Shown: positions 1 through 10,897 of the stretch, piece after piece
Position numbering within the stretch: position 1 is the first letter of the stretch
How the letters are laid out: each line of letters starts with the position of its first letter
NCBI GenBank assembly: GCA_951406725.2
Contig: OX597816.1
Coordinates: 179,304,001 to 179,368,000, forward strand
DNA from: Octopus vulgaris
Lineage: Eukaryota
DNA length: 64,000 bases
Reading direction: 5' to 3'
Notes under the pieces: model-generated
The model's input: the letters and a program-made list of their open reading frames with translations, nothing else
Told to the model about the DNA's origin: nothing
Database searches by the model: none
Made by a program: the position numbers and the translations under genes

Positions 1-354
1 AGTAGTGAAAAGGAAAACCATTAAAATCGACAAGGCTTGTCAAATAGAGACAACTCTAGAATTCAAATGTTAAATGAGGAGCATACAGTGAGGGTATAAT
101 CATGGTTTAGTATGGTAACAGCTCAGGACATATATATTAGACCTTACAAGACTATAGAAAGGCTGAAAATTTAAACATTTTGAGCAAAAATAATATTTGC
201 TGATCAGACAAGTGAAAATAATGACATAGGAACATTTCTCGGATATGTTTTCTGCATGAATACATATACATGCATCTATGTGTGTGTGTGTGTGTGTGTA
301 TGTGTAGATTGATACAGAGAACAATTCTAACAGTAATTTGACATTGATAACATA

Positions 355-586
355 CCTATTTCTTTATTACCCACAAGGGGCTAAATACTGAGGGGACAAA
401 AAAGGACAGACATAGGTATTAAGTCGATTACATCGACCCCAGTGCATAACTGGTACTTAATTTATCGACCCCGAAAGGATGAAAGGCAAAGTCGACCTCG
501 GCGGAATTTGAACTCACAACGTAATGCAGACGAAATACCGCTAAGCATTTCGCCCGGCGTGCTAACGTTTCTGCCAGCTCGCCGCC
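355..586 (-). mobile_element. tRNA-derived SINE with Nin/Deu-like central domain, full length, with target-site duplication
   Basis: Minus strand starts GGCGGCGAGCTGGCAGAAACGTTAGC (A box), has GAGTTCAAATTCC (B box) and GCCTTTCATCCTTTCGGGGTCGATAAA; TTGATAACATA occurs at 344-354 and 588-598; CpGs are retained. Confidence 0.9.
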
Positions 587-871
587 TTTGATAACATAGC
601 TATTTGTAAATTAGTATTGATTGATTGATTCTAGTTTCAGCTCATGAGCTGTGGCCATGCTGGGGCACCGCCAGTATAGAGAGCATGTTTCAGCATAAGT
701 TGGCACAGAGAATATATCTTCATGTAAATTGTTATGGAAAATATATATTTAAAACAGTTTGATTCAGTTCCATGCTACTTCAAGTTTCACAGGCTCCCTT
801 CAGGGGCCTGACTCCTTCAGGATTCTGGAGGTTTCAAGATGCAAATAAGAAAAACATAACTCAAAACATGA

Positions 872-872
<1 letters not shown>

Positions 873-934
<62 letters not shown>
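873..934. repeat. (TA)n microsatellite
   Basis: Pure TA run. Confidence 0.95.
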
Positions 935-937
<3 letters not shown>

Positions 938-1373
938 ATTCAAAAGAAAGTAAGAAAATGGAGATATAGCATTTGATAAAAAATTTATTATCTACAAAAA
1001 TCAAACATAGTTCCTTACAGCTGTTTCAATTAACCCTAAAAGATTAAATAACAATTATTAAAATCATCATATTAGGCAAAATCTCTGCAAAGGGATAGAA
1101 AAAAGATATACCATTAGGTTTTTATATGTTGTATTTTAGAATCATCACAGCAGTCTGCTGTGATGATTCTAAAATACAACACACAAAAAACCTAATGGTA
1201 TATCTTTTTTCTACCCTTCTGAAGAGATTTTGCTTAATATCATGATTTTAATAATTGTTATTTAATCTTTTAAGCTTAACTGAAACAATTGTATGGGACT
1301 ATGTTTTGCAGATAATAATTTTTAAAATTAAATGTTATCTCTCCATGTTCTTAGTTTCTTTTGAATGATTATA
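931..1373. repeat. Long imperfect palindrome (about 220 bp arms), probable inverted Penelope-like terminal repeat with hammerhead-like core
   Basis: 931-1153 is the reverse complement of 1155-1373, centred on CACAGCAG-T-CTGCTGTG; right arm has CTGAAGA (1219-1225) and GAAACAATTGTA (1282-1293). Confidence 0.85.
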
Positions 1374-1511
1374 AACCATTTTTTAAAACTGTTTTATGAA
1401 TATTATTATTCACAACAAATATTAGGTACTGAGCCAGTAATTAATTAAATGATACCATCCCTTAATGAGGCTAATTTAACCTCTAATTGAATATATATAT
1501 ATATATATATA

Positions 1512-1942
1512 ATTAATATTTAGCGGAAACAACAGAGTGACTCAAAGGCCAAGATTTTTATGCATTAGCACTTATCAGACAATTAACAAATCAAGGAGTT
1601 ATAAATTCATATAATGGTATTTCCCTGGATATTTCTGGAACAAATTATAAAAACAATTACAACGTGGATAATTGACATTTATGTGTGTATAAGTATGCAC
1701 AAATTTTCCTTGTTTGTTTATGTATTTATTGAATGGCAAAATGGGGGTAAACTATTGGAAAAACATGGATTATCCACATGACATTGTAACTGTTTTTATA
1801 TATCCTTCCAGAACTATCCAGTAAAATACCATTATAATCAGGATATAAATTTATAACCCCTTGGTTTGTAAATAGTTTGGTAAGCATCAACATATGAAAC
1901 TTTGGTCCTTGAACCATTCTGTTGCTTCTGCTAAACATTAAT
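1512..1942. repeat. Diverged inverted repeat (about 160-170 bp arms, about 100 bp spacer) between TA and TG microsatellites
   Basis: ATTAATATTTAGCGGAAACAACAGAGTG (1512) pairs with CATTCTGTTGCTTCTGCTAAACATTAAT (to 1942); the inner ends ACAACGTGGATAAT and ATTATCCACATG also pair. Confidence 0.75.
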
Positions 1943-1945
1943 GAA

Positions 1946-1980
<35 letters not shown>

Positions 1981-4159
1981 TGCATGTGTGTAAAATATTT
2001 TATTGAAGTATAACAATATTTCACGTTCTGGAAGGCAATGATAATAACTGAAGAAATCCTGACAGAGGTCTCAACATCTGACCAAAGGATTATTTTGCAG
2101 ATTCTATTTGGGCAAAGAAAGACTGAAACTATAGCTTCATACAAGTGCCAATTTTCTGAGATAGTGTATCTTTCCTTCACAACATTTACTGAATATTCTT
2201 AGTGGAAAGCTAAACTAAAAATCCAAATGTACCTTTCTATGGCTTAATTTGTTATTTCATTCAGTTTTTGTAACAGGATGTTTGGTAATTATTCACAAAA
2301 CAGTCAATAAGTAGTGTTTATATTTAAAAAAAAATAGTTTCTGCTTGAGCACACATTTTCCAATAGTTATTGCATCATAACCACTTATTTTGTAATTTTG
2401 TACAATAAATGTGTCTGTAGCCTACAACCTTTCATCTGGTAGGAAAACATAAAGAGGCAGTTAATAAGAGCAATACCAAAGTGTAAACTTTGAACCTCTG
2501 ATGTAAACTTAGGGTCAGAGCAAATATGTAGGGCATGGAGAACAAAAGTATTGCAGGGAGTGGGGAATTGGGGAAAACAATAAAAAACAGAGCAAGTCAA
2601 AGGTTTGTTACTATGATATTGACACAATTCTTTCTTCTGTACATGTTAAATATTGGACTACATGAGAAATAGTGTGAAAACAAAATGTAAACCATTGTGA
2701 TATTGAGGATATTAAAGAATAATTAAGCCACAGTTGAAAGAAGGTGGATCCAATAAAGTAATATTAACAAAAGTTAAACCTAAATATACAAAGGCAAGTC
2801 TATCTCTAGTTGTTTAACAAAGCTGAAACATGTCTGGAGTTGATTCCTATTCTAGCTAAAAATGATTAAAACAGTATTTATTATTCAGCTACTGTTGTCT
2901 TTTCCTCACTACCTTTTCTAACATCAACCTAACCTTTTCGTAACAACCTGTCAAAGATTGGCTTTGGTTATATAAACTTGTTTGTTAAATTAAATTCTCA
3001 ACACTAACATATTTCAGTAGATCAAGGATCAATAGGTTGGAAAAAAATCTCCTTCTCCACAGCTCCATGCAAATAAAATTATTAAGTAAGATCTATTTTA
3101 ATTTTGTGTATTTTGAAAAGTAGACAACTAATAGTGGATTCATTATAATAACTAAGAGTCACCTTTCATCTTATAATGATTCTGCCTGTCATTGTGTTAC
3201 TTAGCCCATTGGCAATGCTTTCACATGATTAGAGAAAAAGAGGGAGAAAGAAAAGAAGGAAAGAGAAAAGTGGGAGGGAGAAAAAGAGGGAGGGAGAAAA
3301 AGAGGGAGAGAGAAGCATCTATGATGTGAGGTAGGGGGAACGTAATATTTATTATGGGGTTTAAAAAGTTAATTGAAGGTAGAGGAGAAGAGTTAAAAAT
3401 ATAATTTTAGCAGAGAAGTGATATTCTGATGGTGAGATTAAAGAAAGGCAGAGAGAGAGTGGGGGAGGGGGAGAAAGAGGATGATGGTGATGGAGATGGA
3501 GGTGGTGGTGGTGATTGGATAGTGAAAAGTGTATTTTTTTTAATTGAACTAAGTTTTTTATATCACATATCACTTAATGCTTGTGCATAAGTGCAATTCT
3601 GTGAAATATTCACCCTTACTTACGAGGCAGATATATGCAGTTTAACTAAGGGTTGTATCATATGTATGGGATACTTTTTTTTTTTTGCTTATGGGAAAAT
3701 TGGAAAAATAAAAGTGAATATTTATTTTATGAATGCTGTGTATTAAGTCAATAATTAGCAGATGAGCATCTTTCCATAGAGACACAACATAGGCTACGCT
3801 TTCAAGTTTTTTGGATAAAGTTTTCTGAAATAACTCAATAGGTTTACCATTCATTCCATGAAATATTCACAGGTCTCACTAGTTTTAATAATTGAGAATC
3901 CATGATACACTCAGATACATGTCAGCAGATTTTTAAATATTGACGAGGAAAGCATTTTATTAAAGGATAGTTTAATAAAATAAAACATATTGCTATATAG
4001 GTGGATAATGCCAATTTGTCATCTATGTGTACAACTATGTATGTACGATAAACTGTTTTGTGATAGGTTTTGCTTTCCGCAGTCTGGGTTCCAATCTCAC
4101 TGAGGTCGGCTTTGCCTTTCATCCTTTCAGTGTCAATAAAATAAAGGATCAGTTTAGAG

Positions 4160-4397
4160 CCATGGTTCTTAACTAGCGTATATATGGTCCTTAGGGGTCC
4201 TTGCTAAAATAATAAATTGTTTATACTTCTACAATGTACAAAATATTTCCATTTTTTTTTATACAATTCCTAATAATATACAATTATAAAAATACAGAAG
4301 GATTTTTGTTTTTTTACATTGAATGGCAACGAGAGTTCACTTGAGTAAAATAGGAACCAAAGGGGGCCCATAGGTAAAAAATGGTTTAGAAGCACTG
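4160..4397. mobile_element. hAT (Charlie-like) MITE
   Basis: Termini CCATGGTTCTTAAC and GTTTAGAAGCACTG; degenerate 8 bp TSD GTTTAGAG/GCTGAGAG; same family as 50241-51717 in the opposite orientation. Confidence 0.7.
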
Positions 4398-4840
4398 GCT
4401 GAGAGAATGGAATGGTGCAATTGAGCACAGAACAAAATGTCTTGCAGTATTTATTCTGGTTCTTTGCATTCTGAGTTCTCGGATTGTAGATTTAATCCAT
4501 TACCCAGTGTAACATTAACAACTCATTCCAGGGTACCTTTAGTGAAATTTACTCTATTGAGAATTTGGGTGAGACCTTCAGTTTGAGAATAATTTCCTTC
4601 CTTCTACCAGTCTCAGAAGTTCAGAAAAAATTAAGAGTCATGGACTTTGTCCCCTCCCCTCCCAGGTAACATGGGTCGGGGAGACTGATTTACCTCATAT
4701 TTTTGAAGCAATGCTGAAGTTTTCTCATTACTGCACATAAGAATAAGGGTGCAAACTGATTTATATAGTGCAATAGACAGTATCTATTATCTTTCATATA
4801 TTTAATGACAATTAATGCTTATCATTGACAGAGCGACTAA

Positions 4841-5311
4841 CCGGCTTCTGTGCCAGTGGCACTTAAAAGGCACCATTCGAGTGTGATCGTTACCAGCATC
4901 GCCTTACTGGCACTCAAGCCCCGTGCTAGTAGGATATTAAGAGCACCATCTGAGCGTGATCACTGCCAAAGCGGCTATCTGGCCTCCATGCCGGTGGTAC
5001 GTAAAAGACACCGTTCAAGCGTGATCGTTACCAGCATCGCCTTACTGGCACCTGTGCCGGTGGCATGTGTAAAAGATTCAAGCGAGGTCGTTGCCAGTAC
5101 CGCCTGACTGGCCGTGCGCTTGTGGCATGTAAAAGCACCCACTACACTCTCGGAGTGGTTGGCGTTAGGAAGGGCATCCAGCTGTAGAAACTCTGCCAGA
5201 TCAAGATTGGAGTCTGGTGCAGCCATCTGGTTCGCCAGCCCTCAGTCATTCATCCAACCCATGCTAGCATGGAAAGCGGACGTTAAACGATAATGATGAT
5301 GATGATGATGA
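4841..5311 (+). mobile_element. RTE LINE 3' UTR fragment with tandem hairpin units and (GAT)n tail
   Basis: Units GTGCCAGTGGCAC..AAAAGCACC, then GAGTGGTTGGCGTTAGGAAGGGCATCCAGCTGTAGAAA and CCAACCCATGCTAGCATGGAAA..(GAT)n, as at the 3' end of the RTE at 25352-26915. Confidence 0.85.
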
Positions 5312-5630
5312 TTTTGTAAAACAAATAATTTATTTAAAAAGTCTGAATATTTAATAAATTTTAGGTTGCTAAGATAGAAGCAGCAAATGTTTCTGTAGCC
5401 TAGTTAGTGTGTATAGTAATTTGATAAAAGGGTCAATCGTCATAATATGAGTTAAATTTAGTCCTTTTATTTTTCTTTTATTACTTAAATAAGAGGGGTG
5501 ATTCTTGAGATATCTTTGGTGCTGTTAGAGATCATGTACTTGATCTCATTGTGAATATATTTATGAATAAGGATGATAAAACATCAAATATATATATATA
5601 TATATATATATAATTTTTATACATGAATGT

Positions 5631-5721
5631 TGTTGACAGTGACTTTGAAGTTTCAGCTAGCTAAGTCATTATTGGACTATGGTCAGACTTAGCTGGCCGA
5701 AATTTCAAAGTCACTTCAACA
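5631..5721. repeat. Short fold-back element between microsatellites, with hammerhead-like remnant
   Basis: AGTGACTTTGAAGTTTCAGCTAGCTAAGTC (5638-5667) pairs with GACTTAGCTGGCCGAAATTTCAAAGTCACT (5686-5715). Confidence 0.75.
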
Positions 5722-5777
5722 TATATGTGTGTATACACACACACACACACACACATATATATACACACACATACGTA

Positions 5778-5852
<75 letters not shown>

Positions 5853-6222
5853 GTACATATTGCTAAGTGTTAATGTAGCCTGTTTCTATAGTTTCTACAT
5901 CTATAAAAACCACTACCACTAGTTTACTGTATTATTTCACTTCTATTTCAACAGCATTCAATACAGGACATGGTTCCCTAATATTTGTCTTCCTTTTATC
6001 TCTACATTTGTTTATTCTCATAGTATCAAACTCTATTTTGTATGGCTCCAACTGTGCACAGTTTTAAACCTCTCTTACAGATAATTAGTTGCTAGACAAC
6101 TGCTTCTAGTAAATTTGCAGCTTTATATAATCTTGAATAATTTGATGGTGTTTGTGAAAGAATAACGTTTCTGTTATTGAAAAGTAACACGAAGCTTAAT
6201 AATTGCTGCTGTAAGATAGATA

Positions 6223-6735
6223 TCTATATATATAAAACTGTAGTTGTGTGAGTGTCTGTCCCCTTCGATTTAGATTCCTAACTACTCCCACATTTTGCGG
6301 TGCAGTTTAACCAAAACCGGGTATCTTATAGTCGTGATTCATATGGAGCCCGTCTGGCTATTAGCGCACGTCTACGATGAGTCTACGATTTTAAAAATAA
6401 TTTAACATCATTTTTTATTCCATTTTAATGCATAATTTTTCGTGTGTCGATGGCGGCAGAGTTGGCGTCCATGGTCACACCTGCACCTGTTTGCTTCTCC
6501 CCCTTCTTCCCTCCCTCGTGAAGCTGTGGGGAAGGGAGTGTAAGGAAATCAACGTCGTAAAGCGTTGTCAAGGAGACCAGCGTTCTTTTAGAACAACGAC
6601 TTCATGGCTTGAAGACACCAAAACAGAAATGGCTAAGAAAGCCCGAATTGGCATCTATAAGGGAAGTAACTCTCTAAAAATGCTTATATAGTTATTTCCC
6701 TTACAAACCCGAGCAACGCCGGGCAATACTGCTAG
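6223..6735 (+). mobile_element. Non-autonomous Helitron
   Basis: 5' A|TCTATATATATAAAA; 3' hairpin CCCGAGCAACGCCGGG followed by CTAG|T; inserted at AT with no TSD; related copy at 38756-39150. Confidence 0.9.
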
Positions 6736-7984
6736 TATATATATATATATATATTTCTAAACAACTGAAATAGGTAAGGCTGTGGCAAATTTGGTAGCAT
6801 CTTGAACTAAAGACTTGACATTATTTAATTAAATCCCTTTACATTTTGAGTTTATATCTCACTAAAGTTGATTTTATTTTACATATTGAAGATGGTGGTG
6901 GTGGTGGTGGAGTGAAGATTGCTAAAATAAGTACCAGTTATATCCTGGGCGTGGTGGTGGTGGTGGTGGACATAATCACTGGTGCACTTTCCCTAAATAT
7001 GCAATATTGTGCATATGTTAGAAATCAATAATTACTGAAATCTAAAAATCAGAATGTCTCATAGCACATCTGTTTTTAATGACAGCTGTTTGAAACTATC
7101 GTGTTCCAAACTTGTAACTGTAAGGAAGTTAAAACATTAAGTTGTTAATATGTTGATGGAAGACTGTTTAGTATAAATTAATCAGGATTTTTCTTAATCC
7201 TTAATACTCTTCTTATTATAACCAGGTGTAAAAGTAGTTGATAACAGACTAAGCTGACAACTAGCTAAAATGCCTTACGGCATTTTGTAACATCTCTGTA
7301 CATTGATCTGAGTTCAAATTTTGTCAAGGTTGTCTTTACCTTTCAACTTGCAGGGATCTGTGAAATGAATATCTCGACAACTATGACTCGAACTTTGAAC
7401 GGAAGGTAAGAAAAGACTCTTGCAAGTTTTGAACCCACAAGTAACAAATTACGTCAATGATTTAATCATCATACGGCTAATTCTGCAACCAATCTCCCAA
7501 AATCTGGTTATAATAGAGCTTTATAATATTAATACAAGACTATATATTATTTCAAGGTGAGAAGAGAAATAGTCCATTCAAAGTCAAGCACTGTGTGCAG
7601 TTTAAATAACTGCATCTAGTGACATCGTAAGGCGGGTGCTATGGATACTGCAGCACTTGCAACTTATGACTAGTCATATTTTGATAGCTTGGTGGGCTGG
7701 GAATGGGGCACTTTGGTATAATACCAGGGCCTGTGAGTGCCTAAAAATGGTACTGACAAGACCACTTCAGCAAAATTTGGGGAGTTTGCCATATTTAGAA
7801 ATTTTCATTGTAACCAGGTGCAGTGGTTGTTATGAAGAGTTGGGTGTCAGGAAACCATGAAAAGTGTTGTAATAATGACTCATAATAAGGGTTTAATAAA
7901 TCTAATAAGTGTTTTAGCTGGAATACTGATGCAAAAGTCTGATGAGCTGATATAAAGTTCGTTTTATGAATAAATAAACAGACA

Positions 7985-8139
7985 CAGGTGTGGCTGTGTG
8001 GTAAGAAGCTTGCTTTCCAACCACATGGTTTCCTGTTCAGTCCCACTGCGTGAAACCTTGGGCAAGTGTCTTCTACTATGGCTCTGGACTGACCAAAGTC
8101 TTGTGAGTGGATTTGGTAGATGGAAACTGAAAAAAGCCT

Positions 8140-8143
<4 letters not shown>
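7985..8143 (+). mobile_element. CORE-type tRNA SINE, 5' half (interrupted)
   Basis: GGTGTGGCTGTGTGGTAAGAAGCTTGC, GTTCAGTCCC and ACCTTGGGCAAGTGTCTT match the intact copy at 26989-27388 up to its internal microsatellite. Confidence 0.85.
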
Positions 8144-8200
<57 letters not shown>

Positions 8201-8227
8201 TTTATTTTAAGCAGCAGAAAATTCAAC

Positions 8228-8275
8228 AAAATCTGTTACTCTGAGTTTCTCGTTGCCGTTCATCAGACAGTTTTT
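8228..8275 (-). ncRNA. Minimal type I hammerhead ribozyme (PLE-associated)
   Basis: Minus strand reads AAAAACUGU-CUGAUGA-ACG GCAA CGA-GAAA-CUC A GAG-UA-ACAGAUUUU: complete core, GNRA-capped stem II, palindromic stem III, GUA cleavage triplet, paired stem I. Confidence 0.75.
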
Positions 8276-9322
8276 GCTAGAATGGAACTGATATATCAAT
8301 TCAATCTATACTCTTACAAACGCTACACCTTTAAAAAGAAATGGACTTGTTTGATTGGCCCTTTAGAAAAAACGGTCAATCTTCGAGCGATAAACAAAAA
8401 GGTCAAAAATATATGTATATATATATAAAAAACTTATAAAAATTATAAAATCCGAGGAAAAAACCTATCGACGTTAATGAAGACAGTGCAAATTAATGCA
8501 TAGAAATTAAACCTGTTATAAATACTGCAATACATATTTATATTAAAATCTACATATATATATCAACATACACAAAAGGATGCGTGTAAACGCCATACAT
8601 ACATATACAGACGTATGAATATAAATCTAAATATACACATAAAAGCATGTGTACATATATTCACGCAAACCGTCTCGCACGCAAGCTAAAATTCATCTAT
8701 GTAGCAATTCTCATATACTGAGCAAGGAGGGGGAACGAAAGAAGGGGAAAGAGAGAAAAAGGAACGAAGGAGGGGTGGGGAAAAAACGAAATAAGAAAAA
8801 AATTTATGTATACAAGCAGTGTAACGATGTTATTGGCATCTATAGAGACCAGTATACATACACAAGTTTGAATGGATACATATACATACCGTCGTGTATA
8901 TGTGTGCTTAAGCACAAACATACTTTCACTTACACATACACAGATACGCATGCTTACAAATACATATGCTTTGCTATACACATACTTATATAAACATTCT
9001 AATTTTGACAACATTGCTTTTTTTAAAAAACATTGCTTTTAAAAATGGGTGCATTAATAAAGATATATACGAAAGACATATAAAATAAAATATAACATCC
9101 TATTTTGGGTCATTTATAAATAATCAAGGTAATATAAATAATCAAGGTAATCCTATGCAATACAATAACATGAAAACAAAGTTTGTAGGTTTTTCCTAAT
9201 ATATATGTAGAAACATAAGACTTTGCTATACGGATTAAGATCCGTATAGCTTGGAAACAAAATCAAAATCCATCGTAGCGCTCAAGAGTCAAAATCAAAA
9301 TCAAAAATACAAAATATATACT

Positions 9323-9650
9323 CTATCCATATGGTATATTTATATTCGACATTTTAAATTTAGCCGCGTGCCTACATAAGTTCATTAACTCACTTCTTTG
9401 ATTCAAAGAATTATTGTCTTTGAATAAGATGTACATTTTTTCTAATAGACAAAGTCTGCACTTGAAATTATTTTTGTAAGCTCCATGCCTGTATGGTGCC
9501 GCCCTGTCCAGAATGCTCCATGTCACGTTGAAAGGTGGGGCTTCCTTTTCTTTTAGTTCCCAGACATATTTTGCTAGGCTGGTTTTCTTCCTATTCTCTG
9601 GGTATTTAAATGAATTTTTATGAGAATAAAATCTTGTTTTAAATGAAAAT
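9323..9650 (-). pseudogene. C-terminal part of a Penelope-like GIY-YIG endonuclease
   Basis: FKTRFYSHKNSFK..KKTSLAKYVWELK..WSILDRA..CRLCLLEK..LNQRSELMNLCRH is typical of PLE endonuclease C-termini; the N-terminus is truncated at a TA run. Confidence 0.8.
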
Positions 9651-9727
9651 ATATATATAGACACAAGCGAGTGGACAAATGAAAGAAGGGTACTCGATAC
9701 ATTTATCAGGAGTTACATGTGTGGGCC

Positions 9728-9867
9728 AAAACAGTTTGATTCAAATTTGTTGGTACTTTGAGTTTCAAAGCATGGTGCTTGATCCTCAGCTATTAGAAAT
9801 TTCCAACGGCTGAGGATTAACATTACACTTTGAAACTCAGAATACCAATGAATTTGAATCAAACTGT

Positions 9868-9870
<3 letters not shown>
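9728..9870. repeat. Fold-back element with two outward-facing hammerhead-like cores
   Basis: AAAACAGTTTGATTCAAATT pairs with AATTTGAATCAAACTGTTTT; + strand CTGAGGA (9810-9816) and GAAACTCAGAATA (from 9832); - strand CTGAGGA..AAGCACCATGCTT..GAAACTCAAAGTA. Confidence 0.8.
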
Positions 9871-9904
<34 letters not shown>

Positions 9905-10114
9905 TGCGTGCATACACACACACACATACACGTGTGCGTGCATGCACACACACACGTGCGTGTGCGCATACACACACTTAATACAATTAAGGGATAAAAT
10001 CATTAAAATTAATGAATTTATCAGTGGCCAGCATATAAAAAACCTTTTAGAGATATATAATTATATAGAATATAAGTATAAGTATTCTATTCTATATATA
10101 TATGTTTCCCAGAG

Positions 10115-10372
10115 ACATGTTGTATCCTTGAGCAAGAGACTTTATTTCACATTGCTCCAGTCCACTCAGCTGGCAAAAATGAGTAGTATCTGTATTTCAA
10201 AGGGCCAGCCTTGTCACACTCTATGTCACGCTGAATCTCTCTAAGAACTACATGAAGGGTACATATGTCTGCGAAGTGCTCAGCCACTTGCATGTTAATT
10301 TCATGAGCAGGGGCAGTTCTGTTGATCGGATCAATTGGAACCCTCATTGCTGTAACTAACAGAGTGCCAGTT
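10115..10372 (+). mobile_element. CORE-type SINE (second family), 5'-truncated
   Basis: GTTGTATCCTTGAGCAAGAGACTTTATTTCACATTGCTCCAGTCCACTCAGCTG resembles 41121-41290. Confidence 0.7.
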
Positions 10373-10389
10373 ATGTATGTATATCTATT

Positions 10390-10610
10390 TATGTGTGTGT
10401 GTCTTTGAGTCTGTGTTTCTACCCCGACTATCGCTTGACAACTAATGTTGGTGTGTTTACATCCTTGTAACTTAGTGGTTTGGCAAAAGAATAAGTACTA
10501 AGCTAACAAAAAATGTTTTGGGGTCGATTTGTTTGACTAAAACCCTTTAAAGCGGTGCTCCAGCATGGCTGCAGTTAAATGACTGAAAGAAGTAAAAGAA
10601 TAAAAGAATG
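10390..10610 (+). mobile_element. CORE-type SINE, 3' half (continues 7985-8143)
   Basis: GCTTGACAAC..GGTGTGTTTAC..GGTGCTCCAGCATGGCTGCAG..GTAAAAGAATAAAAG matches the 3' half of 26989-27388. Confidence 0.8.
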
Positions 10611-10703
10611 AACGTAATATAATAGTTGCTGAACTTAGCATTGCAATTAACCTTCCAGGTTAATGATGCTAGCTTTTTGTTTTGTAATTCAGTTACCCTT
10701 TAA

Positions 10704-10893
10704 ACCTTTAGCATTTAAACCGATCATATTCAGCCAAAATATTCCACTTTTGTTTTATGTTCAAACTGGCCAAATCCAGCCTCTCACACCTATCCTACAG
10801 TGTCATTCTTAAAATAATCAATCACATCATCAAAAGCTTGAAGCTGCAAGATAAACTATGGTGAATTCAAAACAATGTAAATAAATAAGTGTT
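10704..10893. mobile_element. piggyBac-like MITE fragment
   Basis: TTAA-ACCTTTAGCATTTAAAC is the reverse complement of the right end of 59106-59333. Confidence 0.6.
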
Positions 10894-10897
10894 AACT

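Larger units (their letters stand above)
8200..9650 (-). mobile_element. 5'-truncated Penelope-like retroelement (GIY-YIG C-terminus plus long 3' region)
   Basis: Contains ORF 9323-9664(-) and a hammerhead motif at 8228-8275; flanked by TA runs; CpG-retaining relative to the flanks. Confidence 0.8.

Noticed and set aside
4850-5140. CRISPR-like array of palindromic 25 nt repeats with spacers of about 40 nt
   Set aside because: The spacers are homologous to each other, the array is part of the RTE 3' UTR, the context is eukaryotic and no cas genes are present
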